A stretch of 64,000 bases of DNA from an uncultured Thermoleophilia bacterium (GCA_963715985.1 CAVQSP010000014.1:96001-160000), one strand, 5' to 3'. Shown: positions 9,478 through 18,901, numbered from the stretch's first letter. Numbers and translations: made by a program. The notes: a model not told the origin generated them from the sequence alone.

Positions 9478-10932
9478 CTACGCAGTGACCTCGGTGTCGG
9501 TCCACACGGCGTCGCCGGCCACGAGGCCGGGGAACTCCGCGCGGATGCGCTCGTCCAGTTCGGCCTCCCACACGGCCGGGTTGGGCTGGGACAGGATGCC
9601 GCGGGCCACGGCGCGCGCGCGGCTCTGGGCGTCCGGCTTGCCGGCCGCCTCCCACTGCGCGCGCATGCCGCGGTCGGCGACCTTGGGGAAGAGCGCCGTG
9701 GTCTTCATCAGCGACTTGGTGTGGCGGCTCTTCATGTAGTCGCCGCCGGGGCCCACTTCGGCGATGACATCCAGGGCGAGGTTCTCCTCGCTGTAGTCCA
9801 GGCCGCGGACGACGCGCTTGTTCATCAGCGCGATCTCGTCGTCCACCACGGCCTTGCCGAAGTCGAAGGCCATGAGAGAGCTGAACAGGCCGCCCATGTT
9901 GAGCAGCGTCGCGCCGGCCAGCACCGAGGCCATCGTGTTCATGCCGGTCTCGTAGCCGGACTGGGCGTCGTTGCTGTGCGCGTTGGTGAGGCCGATGTAG
10001 CCACCCGTGGGCACGTGGTAGAAGTGCCCGAGCTGGGCCTGCGCCATGAAGAGGACGCCGCTCTCGATGGCGCCGGGCGCGTAGGCGCCGCTGCGCATAT
10101 CGGCGACGGTGGGCAGGCTGGCGTAGATCAGCGGCGTGCCCTCCTTGACCATCTGCTGGAACACGGAGATGGCGAGGAACTCGGCGTTGCCGACCACAAG
10201 GGTGCCCATGAGGGTCATCGGCGAGGTGAGGCCGGCGTTGGGCACCACGGTGGTGTACACCGGCAGGCCCTCGCCGGTGAGGTACATGACGGCCTCGGTG
10301 GAGTCCACGTCCATCGTGAGCGGGCTCACCATCGGGCAGTAGTGATGGTTGATGCAGGGGCGCTCGCGGTAGGCGTCCTTGCCGCCGGCGATGAGCTCGC
10401 CGAGCTTGAGGACCTGGTGCAGGTCGTCCATGTTGGGCGTGTTGCTGCGTACCGGCTTCAGGCAGTTCTTGAGAGCCGGGTAGAAGCGGCTCAGGCTGAA
10501 CTGCCCGACGGGGGCGTCGTCGGCCAGCGTGGAGATGGAGAAGATGTCGAAGCCCTTGAGCTCGTTGATGAGGTGGGCGATGTTGGCGATGTCGGTGGAC
10601 GTGGCGCGCCGTTCGACGCCGGTGACCGGGTCCACCACGTTGGGCGCGGAGCTGCCGGTGACGACCACGGGGCCGCCGTCGGGGATGGTGCGGTCGAACT
10701 GCGGGTCGCGGCCGCGGAACGTGAAGCGCGGCGGCACGGCCCGCATGTAGCGGTCGACGATCTCCGGCGAGAACTTGACGAGGCCCTCGTCCGATACGGT
10801 GCAGCCGTGGGCCTTGAAGACGTCGCGTGCCTTTGGGTGGTGCGCGAGAATGCCCACGTTCTCGAGCACCCAGAGCGACGCCTCGTGGACGCGTGCCACC
10901 TGCTCTGTGGTGAGCAACTCTGCGTACTTCAT
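9478..10932 (-). CDS. mttB: MttB-superfamily methyltransferase, non-pyrrolysine (MtgB/MtcB-like)
   Basis: VHEASLWVLENVG, GLTSPMTLMGTL, DMRSGA, DAQSGYE, VVDDEI, IAEVGPGGDY; Leu at the Pyl-equivalent site (YIGLTNAH); TAG stop. Confidence 0.9.
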   Translation of the reverse strand: MKYAELLTTEQVARVHEASLWVLENVGILAHHPKARDVFKAHGCTVSDEGLVKFSPEIVDRYMRAVPPRFTFRGRDPQFDRTIPDGGPVVVTGSSAPNVVDPVTGVERRATSTDIANIAHLINELKGFDIFSISTLADDAPVGQFSLSRFYPALKNCLKPVRSNTPNMDDLHQVLKLGELIAGGKDAYRERPCINHHYCPMVSPLTMDVDSTEAVMYLTGEGLPVYTTVVPNAGLTSPMTLMGTLVVGNAEFLAISVFQQMVKEGTPLIYASLPTVADMRSGAYAPGAIESGVLFMAQAQLGHFYHVPTGGYIGLTNAHSNDAQSGYETGMNTMASVLAGATLLNMGGLFSSLMAFDFGKAVVDDEIALMNKRVVRGLDYSEENLALDVIAEVGPGGDYMKSRHTKSLMKTTALFPKVADRGMRAQWEAAGKPDAQSRARAVARGILSQPNPAVWEAELDERIRAEFPGLVAGDAVWTDTEVTA

Positions 10933-11119
10933 GCGGACCCGGTCCTCCCTTGAGGGCGCCGGCGGGCGAGCGACCCACTCGCCAGAGTGCCGGCGGCTTG
11001 TGGCCGGCGCCCGGGGGTCCTGTGCGGACCTCTCCGGCTCACGCCGAGCCCCATCTCTGACGGCATATCGCGATCCGGCCTCGCACGGCCGGCTTGTGGT
11101 CCGTGTGAGCGGGTCACGG

Positions 11120-11902
11120 TCATGCGGAGACCACCCGCAGGCCGCGGCGCAGCATCTCGTCGCGCACGTCCTCGTCCACGTCGTCGACGACGACCGTCTG
11201 CACGTCGTCGAGGCCGCAGATGACGAAGTCGCCCACGGCGCCGAGCTTGCTGCGGTCGGCGAGCACGATGACCTCGCCGCGCGTCTGGCGGATCATGGCG
11301 CGCTCCACGCCGGCGAGGCCGATGCTCGCCGTGGTCACGCCCTCCTCGAGGCTGAGGCCGTCCGCTCCGAGGATGAACCGCGAGGCGTGGAAGCTGCCCA
11401 CGGCCTCGATGGCCATGGGCCCCTCGAGGGTGTTGCTGTGCGGCCGGAAGACGCCGCCGAGCAGGATGACCTCGAGCGCCGAGTCCTGCGCGGACGTGAG
11501 CGCGCCCACGTTGTGGGTGACGATGCGCGCGTGGACCTGCGTGTCGACGTGCGCGAGCACCTGGGTCGCGGTGGTGCCGGACCCCAGGAACACGGTCTCG
11601 CCGGGGAGGATCATGGCCGCGGCGGCGCGGGCGATGCGGTCCTTCTCGGCCGTGTGGGTGCGCACGTTGGTCACGTAGCGGGGCTCCTCCACGATGTGCT
11701 GCTTCAGGATAGCGCCGCCGTGGGTGCGCGAGAGGAGTCCGTCGTTTTCGAGCCGCTCGAGGTCGCGGCGGATGGTCATCTCCGAGACGCCGAGGACCTC
11801 GCTGAGGGACGAGACGCGCACGCCGCGTTGCTGGGCGAGGATCTCAAGGATCCGCCCCTGGCGCTCGGCGGGAAACATCTCGCGCGTGTCGGGCGCTGAC
11901 AC
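11120..11902 (-). CDS. DeoR/GlpR family transcriptional regulator
   Basis: ERQGRILE, GVSEMTIRRDLERLE, RTHGGA, EKDRIA, GSGTT, ADRSK. Confidence 0.93.
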   Translation of the reverse strand: MSAPDTREMFPAERQGRILEILAQQRGVRVSSLSEVLGVSEMTIRRDLERLENDGLLSRTHGGAILKQHIVEEPRYVTNVRTHTAEKDRIARAAAAMILPGETVFLGSGTTATQVLAHVDTQVHARIVTHNVGALTSAQDSALEVILLGGVFRPHSNTLEGPMAIEAVGSFHASRFILGADGLSLEEGVTTASIGLAGVERAMIRQTRGEVIVLADRSKLGAVGDFVICGLDDVQTVVVDDVDEDVRDEMLRRGLRVVSA

Positions 11903-11962
11903 CGCTCCCCCATGGCTGTGAAGTGTTGCCAGAATCGCTCAGATTCGAACGTAGTCTCTCGC

Positions 11963-11990
11963 ATCTTAGGCGCGCATGCACGAAAGTCAA
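11963..11990 (-). promoter_or_regulatory. Sigma70 promoter of the deoR-mttB operon
   Basis: Minus strand TTGACT, 16-nt spacer, TAAGAT. Confidence 0.6.
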
Positions 11991-12055
11991 GCGTGAAGAA
12001 GTGTTCGAGTGTGTGTCCGGGTGGGAGAGCGCTTCCGCTCCGGACGGGGACGAGC

Positions 12056-12089
12056 GACGGGCGGCGGGCCTTTCGGCCCGCCGCCCGTC
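12056..12089. terminator. Terminator hairpin downstream of cydB
   Basis: GACGGGCGGCGGGCC-TTTC-GGCCCGCCGCCCGTC perfect 15-bp stem. Confidence 0.7.
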
Positions 12090-12171
12090 TCAGGAGGTCT
12101 GCTTGTGCTGCGGCGGCGGCCTGGTGAGTGGTGCACCTACGGCGCCCCACTCGTTGACCCGGCTGCGCCGG

Positions 12172-13191
12172 TCAATAGTCCGCGTCGGCCGCCTTTGTCT
12201 TGCCCCAGAACGTCTTGTACACGAGCGCCGTGTACACGAGCACGATGGGGCAGAAGATGAGCGCCACGATGAGCATCACCAGCAGCGTCAGGTGACCCGA
12301 CGAAGCGTTGGTCACCGTGAGGCTGGTCTCTGGCGGCGTGCCGCGCGCCGGCACCATGTCGGGGAAGTTGCCCACGGCGGCGATGCCGGCCAGCCCGATG
12401 ATGATGACGGCCGAGCCGAGGAACGACTTGAGCTCGCCGCCTTCCTTCATCATCTGCCAGGCCGTGTACAGCACGCCGAGGAGGAAGATGACGAGGAACA
12501 GCCAGCCGGCCGGCCGGCCGAACACGTTGTCCGACGCGCGCGAGACCCAGAGGATCGTCGCCAGGGACGTGGCCACGGCCAGCACGGCGCACACCACGAA
12601 GCTCAGGCGCCGCCACTTGAGGGCGCGCTCGTGCAGCTCGCCCTCCGACTTGACGGCCAGCCAGGCCGCGCCGTGCTGTGCGATGAGACACAGCCCGGTC
12701 ACGCCGACCAGTAGCGAGTACGGGTTCAGCAGCTCCCAGAAGGTGCCGATGTAGTTGCCCTGCGCGTCCATGGGCACGCCGCGGATGACGTTGCCGAGGG
12801 CGACGCCGACCAGGAGAGCAGGCACCAGGCTGCCGAGGAAGAAGGCGCCGTCCCACACTCTGGCCCAGCTCGAGTCGCGGTGGCGGAACTCGAGCGACAC
12901 CGCGCGCAGGATCAGGCCGAAGAGCACGAGCATGATGGCCAGGTAGAACCCACTGAAGGTCATGGCATAGATCATGGGGAAGGCGGCGAAGATGGCGCCG
13001 GCGCCGGTGATGAGCCACACCTCGTTGCCGTCCCAGATGGGGCCGATCGAAGCACGGATGACGGAGCGGTCGGCTTCGCTGCGCCCGAGGAAGGGGTACA
13101 GCACGCCGGCGCCCAGGTCGAAGCCGTCGAGGATCACGTAGCCGGTGAGCAGGAACGCGACGAGGAAGAACCAGATGTTGGCCAGGGTCAT
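12172..13191 (-). CDS. cydB: Cytochrome bd ubiquinol oxidase subunit II
   Basis: LDGFDLGAG, IGPIWDGNEVWLI, LILRAVSLEFR; start at MTLANIW. Confidence 0.95.
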   Translation of the reverse strand: MTLANIWFFLVAFLLTGYVILDGFDLGAGVLYPFLGRSEADRSVIRASIGPIWDGNEVWLITGAGAIFAAFPMIYAMTFSGFYLAIMLVLFGLILRAVSLEFRHRDSSWARVWDGAFFLGSLVPALLVGVALGNVIRGVPMDAQGNYIGTFWELLNPYSLLVGVTGLCLIAQHGAAWLAVKSEGELHERALKWRRLSFVVCAVLAVATSLATILWVSRASDNVFGRPAGWLFLVIFLLGVLYTAWQMMKEGGELKSFLGSAVIIIGLAGIAAVGNFPDMVPARGTPPETSLTVTNASSGHLTLLVMLIVALIFCPIVLVYTALVYKTFWGKTKAADADY

Positions 13192-13195
13192 CTCG

Positions 13196-14569
13196 TCACC
13201 TCCCCGCACCGGCGGGAGCGGGCGCCACGCCCTTCTCCGCCTTGAGCATCTCGGCGACGTCCTCGGGACCCTTGCGGATGATGCCGACGAAGATCCGCAG
13301 CCAGGCGACGAAGAGCACCAGGTAGATCAGGCCGAAGAGGCCCAGCGTCGTCCAGATCTCACCCGTGGAGACGAGTGGCGAGACGGCGTCCGTGGTGCGC
13401 ATGAGACCCTGGACGACCCAGGGCTGGCGTCCGACCTCCGCCGCCATCCAGCCCATGTTGATGGCGAACTCAGCCAGCGGGATGCAGATGATCAACAGCC
13501 ACAGCAGCCAGCGCGCGTTCTCCAGCTTCTTGAAGATGTACATGAGCACGGAGACCAGGAAGACCAGCCCGAAGAAGATGCCCAGGGCGATCATGATGTG
13601 GTAGCTCTGGAAGACGGCCGGGATGGGTGGCCGGTCGGCGGCCGGCACTTCCGTGTAGCCCTGGACCGTAGCGTCGGGGTTGAGATGCAGGATCATGCTG
13701 AGGCCGTTGGGGATGCCGACGCCGTGCGTGTCGTAGGTGCCGTCGGCCTCTTTCGAGAGCCAGCCGAACAGCCACAGCGTGGCGCCGTCCTCGGTGTCGG
13801 TGACGTTCTCGAAGGCGGCCATCTTGACCGGCTGCTTCTCGGCCACCACCAGCGCGCCCCAGTGGCCGAGCAGAGGCATGGCGATGGAGATCACGAGACC
13901 CACGCCGAGCGCCCAGATGATGGTCTTCCGGGCGAAGTCAACGTGCTTCTTCTTGAGCAGGTAGTAGGCGCACACACCGGCGGCCACGAAGCAGCCCGTG
14001 ATGAGGGCCGCGGCGATGGTGTGGAAGTAGCGCGGCCCGATGGACGGGTTGAGCGCCGCTCCCCAGAAGCTCGTGAGGATGGCCTTGCCGTTCTCCACCT
14101 TGTAGCCGGCCGGCGTCTGCATCCAGGAGTTGGCGATGAGGATCCAGAGGGCGGAGAGGAGGGAGCCGATCCACACCAGCCACGCGGAGATGTAGTAGAA
14201 GCGCTTGGAGACCTTCCTGCGACCGAAGAGCAACACGCCGAGGAAGGTGGACTCGAGGAAGAAGGCGATGAGGCCTTCGGCCGCGAGCGGCGCTCCGAAG
14301 ATGTTGCCGACGAAGCGCGAGTAGTTGGCCCAGTTCGTGCCGAAGGCGAACTCCATGGTCAGGCCGGTGGCGACGCCGATGGCGAAGGTCGCCGTGAACA
14401 GCTTGATCCAGAAGTTCGAAGCTGCCTTGTCGGCGGGGATGCCGCTCTTGTAGTAGCGGCGCTCCGCGAGGACCACCATCATCCCGACCCCGATGCTGAT
14501 GGGCACGAAGATGAAGTGGTAGCCGACGGTGAACGCGAACTGGATGCGGGCGAGCATTACGGCATCCAT
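13196..14569 (-). CDS. cydA: Cytochrome bd ubiquinol oxidase subunit I
   Basis: ARIQFAFTVGYHFIF, FGTNWANYS, FFLESTF, QPVKMAAFE, AEVGRQPW. Confidence 0.96.
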   Translation of the reverse strand: MDAVMLARIQFAFTVGYHFIFVPISIGVGMMVVLAERRYYKSGIPADKAASNFWIKLFTATFAIGVATGLTMEFAFGTNWANYSRFVGNIFGAPLAAEGLIAFFLESTFLGVLLFGRRKVSKRFYYISAWLVWIGSLLSALWILIANSWMQTPAGYKVENGKAILTSFWGAALNPSIGPRYFHTIAAALITGCFVAAGVCAYYLLKKKHVDFARKTIIWALGVGLVISIAMPLLGHWGALVVAEKQPVKMAAFENVTDTEDGATLWLFGWLSKEADGTYDTHGVGIPNGLSMILHLNPDATVQGYTEVPAADRPPIPAVFQSYHIMIALGIFFGLVFLVSVLMYIFKKLENARWLLWLLIICIPLAEFAINMGWMAAEVGRQPWVVQGLMRTTDAVSPLVSTGEIWTTLGLFGLIYLVLFVAWLRIFVGIIRKGPEDVAEMLKAEKGVAPAPAGAGR

Positions 14570-14850
14570 GCCTCTCCGACACCTCCTTGATACGCGACCT
14601 CCCGCGGCGGGTCTCGATCCCCGTGCACTCGCCGCGGCACTGCGCGGCTATTTTCACTGTCTGGACAGTGAGATGTCAACGACAATTCGTGCCGGGTGGC
14701 ACAAAGGACGCAAGCGCGACAGGTCGTATGGATGAATGAGAAGTATTAAGCGCAGGTTAAGCGGCCTTCTCAGGCTCGGGTGCCCTGTGCTACCATGCCC
14801 GAGGGCCGGCACCGAACGCCGGCCGTTCTGCTGCAGGGAGGCTGATTCGT

Positions 14851-15213
14851 TTGTCTGAACGTTTGTCTGAAGAATCGCTCGAATGTACTGAGTGCTCGGC
14901 GCAGTGCGAGAAGGTCGTCTATCCGGCGGCTTGTCTCAGCATGAACTGCCGCTTCCTCTACGCGTTCAAAGAAGACGGCGACACGTTCTTCGGCTGCATC
15001 GAGAAGGTGTTCCCGCATGAGATCGACCTCAAGATGTTCGAGGACATCGAGCGCGGCAAGGGCGGGTTCGGCGTGGTCAAGGTCGCGCGCACCCCGTTGC
15101 CGCAGTGCTCCGTGGCCGTGCAGAGCTGCTACGCCGCCGGCGAAGGGCCGCTGTGCCGCAACATGTACTTCCGCCGTCGCGACCGCAAAGAGGTCCAGAC
15201 GGTAGAGGATTGA
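14851..15213 (+). CDS. Cysteine-rich hypothetical protein
   Basis: 120 aa with CxxCxxxC, CxxxxC and further Cys; SD GGAGG upstream; normal GC3 codon bias. Confidence 0.7.
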   Translation: MSERLSEESLECTECSAQCEKVVYPAACLSMNCRFLYAFKEDGDTFFGCIEKVFPHEIDLKMFEDIERGKGGFGVVKVARTPLPQCSVAVQSCYAAGEGPLCRNMYFRRRDRKEVQTVED

Positions 15214-15332
15214 GCGGCGAAGCCGACTCAGCGTCGGGTGGTGCGTAGCGACACCCGACACTAGTCGCCGCAGGCGGGTCAACGTCGGGTGCGGCGTAGC
15301 GGCACTCGACACTGATCGGCGAAGCCGGTCAA
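15214..15332. repeat. REP-like tandem palindromic units
   Basis: Alternating CGGCGAAGCCG/CGCCGCAGGCG mini-hairpins and GTCGGGTG..CGTAGC..CACYCGAC hairpins; related inverted copy near 12125-12175. Confidence 0.6.
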
Positions 15333-15390
15333 GATAGGTGATGTGCAGGCGAAACCGCGGCAGTGCCGCGGTTTCGCCGTCTCCGGGGGC

Positions 15391-15399
15391 TGGTATACT
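15391..15399 (+). promoter_or_regulatory. Extended -10 promoter for tmRNA
   Basis: TGGTATACT (TGn-TATACT) about 30 nt upstream of the tmRNA 5' end. Confidence 0.6.
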
Positions 15400-15431
15400 C
15401 CGGAGTGCGGCCACCACCAGGCCGTCCAGTT

Positions 15432-15791
15432 GGGGGCGAACAGGTCTCGACATGGGCTGTACCGCGGTGGGAGCAGCAGGCCGAGGTCCGGTGGCCTCGT
15501 TAAACTGCCGGAACACACTACTTGCCGAGAATAACTCTCTCGCACTCGCTGCCTAATTAGTTAGGCAACGCATCGCGCCCGGCTCGCCCATGGCCGGGAT
15601 CCGCGGTGTCATCTAGTGGGCTGGGGTGCGGTCGCTCTGCTCCGGGCGAGCGCATCCGAGACTGATCGGGGCTGGCGACCGGCACCCCTGCCGACGCGGG
15701 GGCCGCGAGCGAGACTAATGCGACGGCTAAGCCTGTAGAGACTCCGCCGAGGCGTCCGTGGACGCGGGTTCGATTCCCGCCGCCTCCACCA
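15432..15791 (+). ncRNA. ssrA: tmRNA; tag peptide AENNSLALAA
   Basis: 5' GGGGGCG pairs with 3' CGCCTCC-ACCA including the G3.U alanyl identity pair; T-arm GCGGGTTCGATTCCCGC; tag frame 15524-15556 ends LALAA-TAA. Confidence 0.95.
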
Positions 15792-15838
15792 TCTTCTGCT
15801 CGTCTCCCGCGCCTGCGGGCGTGGACTATACTGCGGGC

Positions 15839-17065
15839 GTGGACCAGCCGGCCGACATCCTCTCTCCTCCGCCCGGCGGCGTGCAGGCGCCGGCGGGCGG
15901 GCAGGGCCGGCGCCTCCTCGACGCGGTGCCCGTCAGCATCGGTCTCGCCCTCATCTTCACCGTCTTCGGTCTCGTGGAGCTTCTCTCCCGCGGTCCCGCC
16001 CCGGCGGGCTACCGCGCCGACGGCGCCGCTCTCACCGCCCTCACCGTGGCCAGCGCCCTGTGCCTGGCGATCCTCTGGTGGTCGCCGCTCGCGGGGCTGT
16101 GCGCCGCCCTCGTACTCCTGTGCGCGCAGTCGATCGCGGGGTACGAGCTCACGCAGGCGGCGGTGTTTGCGGTGGTCGTGGCCTCGTTCGCCACGGTGAC
16201 CTTCGACACGCCGCGGCGAGCGGTGGCCGCGGGGTTCGTGGTGGCCGTCGGGATGATCGTGGTGATGGCCACCATCGGGCAGGTGACCTGGGAGGTGGTG
16301 GCAAGCACCTGGGTCGCGCTCTCCGTGGTCTGGGTGGTGGCCGTGGTGATCCGCGTGTATCGCGGCAGCGCCGAGCGCGCCGAGCGGCGGGCCGCGCTCT
16401 TCGCGGCCGACCGCGAGGCGCGCGCCCGCGAGGCGGTGTACGAGGAGCGTGCCCGCCTCGCGCGCGAGCTCCACGACAGCGTGGGGCACGCGCTCAACGT
16501 GGTGGTGCTGCACGCGGGCGCCGCCCAGCGCGTCATCGAGACCAAGCCCGAGCTCGCGCGCGAAGCCCTCTCGTCCATCGAGACCGCCAGCCGCCAGGCC
16601 CTGGGCGACATCGAGCGCATGCTCGGCATCCTCCGCGCCCCCGACGAGGAGACGCGCTACGACGTGGCCCCCGGAATGGGGCAGGTGGAGGCGCTGTGCG
16701 CCCAGGTCCGCGAGGCGGGACTGCCGGTCACCCTGTCCGTGGAAGGCGAGCCGCGACCGCTGCCGGCGAGCCTCGACCTCACCGCGTTCCGTATCATCCA
16801 GGAGGCGCTGACCAACACGCTCAAGCATGCCGGCAAGGCGCACGCATGGGTGAGCGTACGCTGGGAGCCTGCAGCGCTGGCGCTGGACGTGCTGGACGAC
16901 GGTCGCGGAGTAGCCCCCGGTGTCACCGGCGGCGGCCGCGGCCTGCTCGGCATGCGCGAACGGGTGGCCACCTTCAGAGGGGAGTTGGAAGCGGGTCCGC
17001 GCGCCGAGGGCGGCTTCGCCGTGCACGCGCGCCTCCCGTTGGCCGGCGCCGACGGGACATGGTGA
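15839..17065 (+). CDS. Sensor histidine kinase (HisKA_3, NarX/DesK type), probably leaderless
   Basis: ERARLARELHDSVGH, RIIQEALTNTLKHA, DDGRG, GLLGMRER; TATACT 15827-15832 lies 6 nt before GTG 15839. Confidence 0.92.
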   Translation: MDQPADILSPPPGGVQAPAGGQGRRLLDAVPVSIGLALIFTVFGLVELLSRGPAPAGYRADGAALTALTVASALCLAILWWSPLAGLCAALVLLCAQSIAGYELTQAAVFAVVVASFATVTFDTPRRAVAAGFVVAVGMIVVMATIGQVTWEVVASTWVALSVVWVVAVVIRVYRGSAERAERRAALFAADREARAREAVYEERARLARELHDSVGHALNVVVLHAGAAQRVIETKPELAREALSSIETASRQALGDIERMLGILRAPDEETRYDVAPGMGQVEALCAQVREAGLPVTLSVEGEPRPLPASLDLTAFRIIQEALTNTLKHAGKAHAWVSVRWEPAALALDVLDDGRGVAPGVTGGGRGLLGMRERVATFRGELEAGPRAEGGFAVHARLPLAGADGTW

Positions 17066-17156
17066 GGGACGGAGCAGCAGCGCTTCGCGCCGGCCGATCG
17101 GGATCGACCGAGGTGGGGGGCACGGCGTCGCGCCTCCCAGGGGAAACGGAGGGGAC

Positions 17157-17840
17157 ATGAGCATCACCGTGGTGCTTGCCGACGACGAGCAGATGGTGCG
17201 CTCGGGGCTGCGCCTGATCCTCGAGGGCGAGGACGACATCGAGGTCGTGGCAGAGGCCGGGGACGGCGCCGAGGCGGTGGAGCTGGCGCGGCGTCTGGAC
17301 CCCGACGTCGTGCTCATGGACGTGCAGATGCCGAAGATGAACGGCATCGAGGCCACGCGCGCGATCACCGCCCTGGGCCGCGACGAGAGCTCGCGCGTGC
17401 TCATCCTCACGACGTTCGACCTCGACGAGTACGTGTACGAAGGGTTCAAGGCCGGGGCCAGCGGCTTTCTGCTGAAGCGCACACCCGCCGCCGACCTGGT
17501 GGCCGGCATCCGCGTGGTGGCGGCGGGCGACGGCATGATCGCACCGTCGGTGACCACGCGGCTCATCGCCACCTTCCGCGCCAAGGACGGCCGCGCCGGC
17601 GTGCTGCGGGACCCGGCGCTGCTCGACGACCTCACTGAGCGCGAGCGTGAGGTGCTCGTGCTCGTGGCCCGCGGCATGACGAACGGCGATATCGCCGGGC
17701 ACCTGTTCCTCAGCGAGGGGACGGTCAAGACGCATGTGAAGCGCATCTTCGCCAAGCTCGGCCTCCACGACCGCACGCAGGCCGTGATCATCGCTTACGA
17801 GGTCGGGCTCGTGCGCCCGGGCGAGGACCCGCTCGAGTAA
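17157..17840 (+). CDS. NarL/LuxR-family response regulator
   Basis: LADDEQMVR, DVVLMDVQMP, LTTFD, LTEREREVL, TVKTHVKRIFAKLG. Confidence 0.95.
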   Translation: MSITVVLADDEQMVRSGLRLILEGEDDIEVVAEAGDGAEAVELARRLDPDVVLMDVQMPKMNGIEATRAITALGRDESSRVLILTTFDLDEYVYEGFKAGASGFLLKRTPAADLVAGIRVVAAGDGMIAPSVTTRLIATFRAKDGRAGVLRDPALLDDLTEREREVLVLVARGMTNGDIAGHLFLSEGTVKTHVKRIFAKLGLHDRTQAVIIAYEVGLVRPGEDPLE

Positions 17841-17863
17841 GGCGCGCTCTCCGGGCGCGACGA

Positions 17864-17887
17864 CGCGTACCCCGCTGGGGGTACGCA
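17864..17887. promoter_or_regulatory. Palindrome, candidate response-regulator site
   Basis: GCGTACCCC-GCTG-GGGGTACGC between the regulator and the downstream membrane genes. Confidence 0.4.
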
Positions 17888-18007
17888 GGCCGCGCCGCGA
17901 ATCCCTCCGCCGGCGACGGCAGGTTCCCGCTCTGGGGTGACGACCCGCCGCCTCCTCGTCGCTACGCTTGTCTCGCAAGCTGAACGATGATCCGTGGAGG
18001 TGCGCTC

Positions 18008-18901
18008 GTGAACGACTCGCCGCTGGGCCGGTTCTTCGGCGTGGTGACGCGCGCACGCACGTGGCTCAACCTGCTGTTCCACGTGTTCGCGTTCCCGCTC
18101 GGACTGTTCTACTTCGTCTTCCTCGTGGTCGGGCTCTCTGTGGGCCTCGGCACCGTGATCATCTGGGTGGGCATCCCCATCCTGCTCGTGGTGGCCGGCG
18201 CGTGGTGGCTGTTCGGCACCTTCGAGCGCCTGCAGGCACGCCACCTGCTGTGCGCGAACGTGCCGGACGCACCTCGCTCGTGGGAGAGGGCCGAGGGCAT
18301 CTGGGGCAAGTTCAAGGCGCACTTCGGCAACGCGGCCACCTGGAAGGACCTGCTGTACCTGCTGGCCAAGCTCGCCTTCGGCGTCGTCTCCTTCTCGCTG
18401 CTCGTCACCCTCGCCGCATTCGTGGCCTGGCTGTTCGCCCTGCCTTTCGCCGCCGGCTGGCACGTGGCCATGTTCGACTGGGGCAACGGCCAGTCTTGGA
18501 CGCCCCCGTTGTGGCTCGGGATCCTCGGCGTTCCCGCAGGCATCGTCTTCGCCTTCGTGAGCCTGCACGTGATGAACGCCTGGGGCTGGGTGTGCGCTCG
18601 CTGGGCAGAGTTGATGTTCCGCGTCGCCGCTCCGCCGGCGTTGCCGGCCGGGGCGGCTCCGCCCGCACCGCTCGTGTCCACGTCACCACAGCCGCCGGCC
18701 CCCTCGGCTCCCCCGGCGCCTGCGGCACCGCCGGCCCCGCCGGCCCCGGTCGCGCCCCCAGCTGCCAGCGCACCGAGCGCCCCGGCACCGCCCGCGGTCC
18801 CGACACCGCCCGCGTCCGGCACGCCAGAAACGACGGGCCTATCACCTGGCGCATCGCCCGTGGCACCGCCGCCGGCACGCACAGATATCGGATCGGACTG
18901 A
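18008..18901 (+). CDS. Putative sensor-domain membrane protein with Pro/Ala-rich tail
   Basis: FPLGLFYFVFLVVGLSVG, IWVGIPIL, TWKDLLYLLAK; SD GGAGG; low-complexity C-terminus. Confidence 0.75.
   Translation: MNDSPLGRFFGVVTRARTWLNLLFHVFAFPLGLFYFVFLVVGLSVGLGTVIIWVGIPILLVVAGAWWLFGTFERLQARHLLCANVPDAPRSWERAEGIWGKFKAHFGNAATWKDLLYLLAKLAFGVVSFSLLVTLAAFVAWLFALPFAAGWHVAMFDWGNGQSWTPPLWLGILGVPAGIVFAFVSLHVMNAWGWVCARWAELMFRVAAPPALPAGAAPPAPLVSTSPQPPAPSAPPAPAAPPAPPAPVAPPAASAPSAPAPPAVPTPPASGTPETTGLSPGASPVAPPPARTDIGSD

Noticed and set aside
15214-15332. Possible mini CRISPR array or tRNA before tmRNA
   Set aside because: Units are degenerate hairpins without constant repeats or a cloverleaf
15758-15791. tRNA gene, or kinase start at 15758
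   Set aside because: The T-arm and CCA belong to the tmRNA 3' end; the kinase more likely starts at 15839
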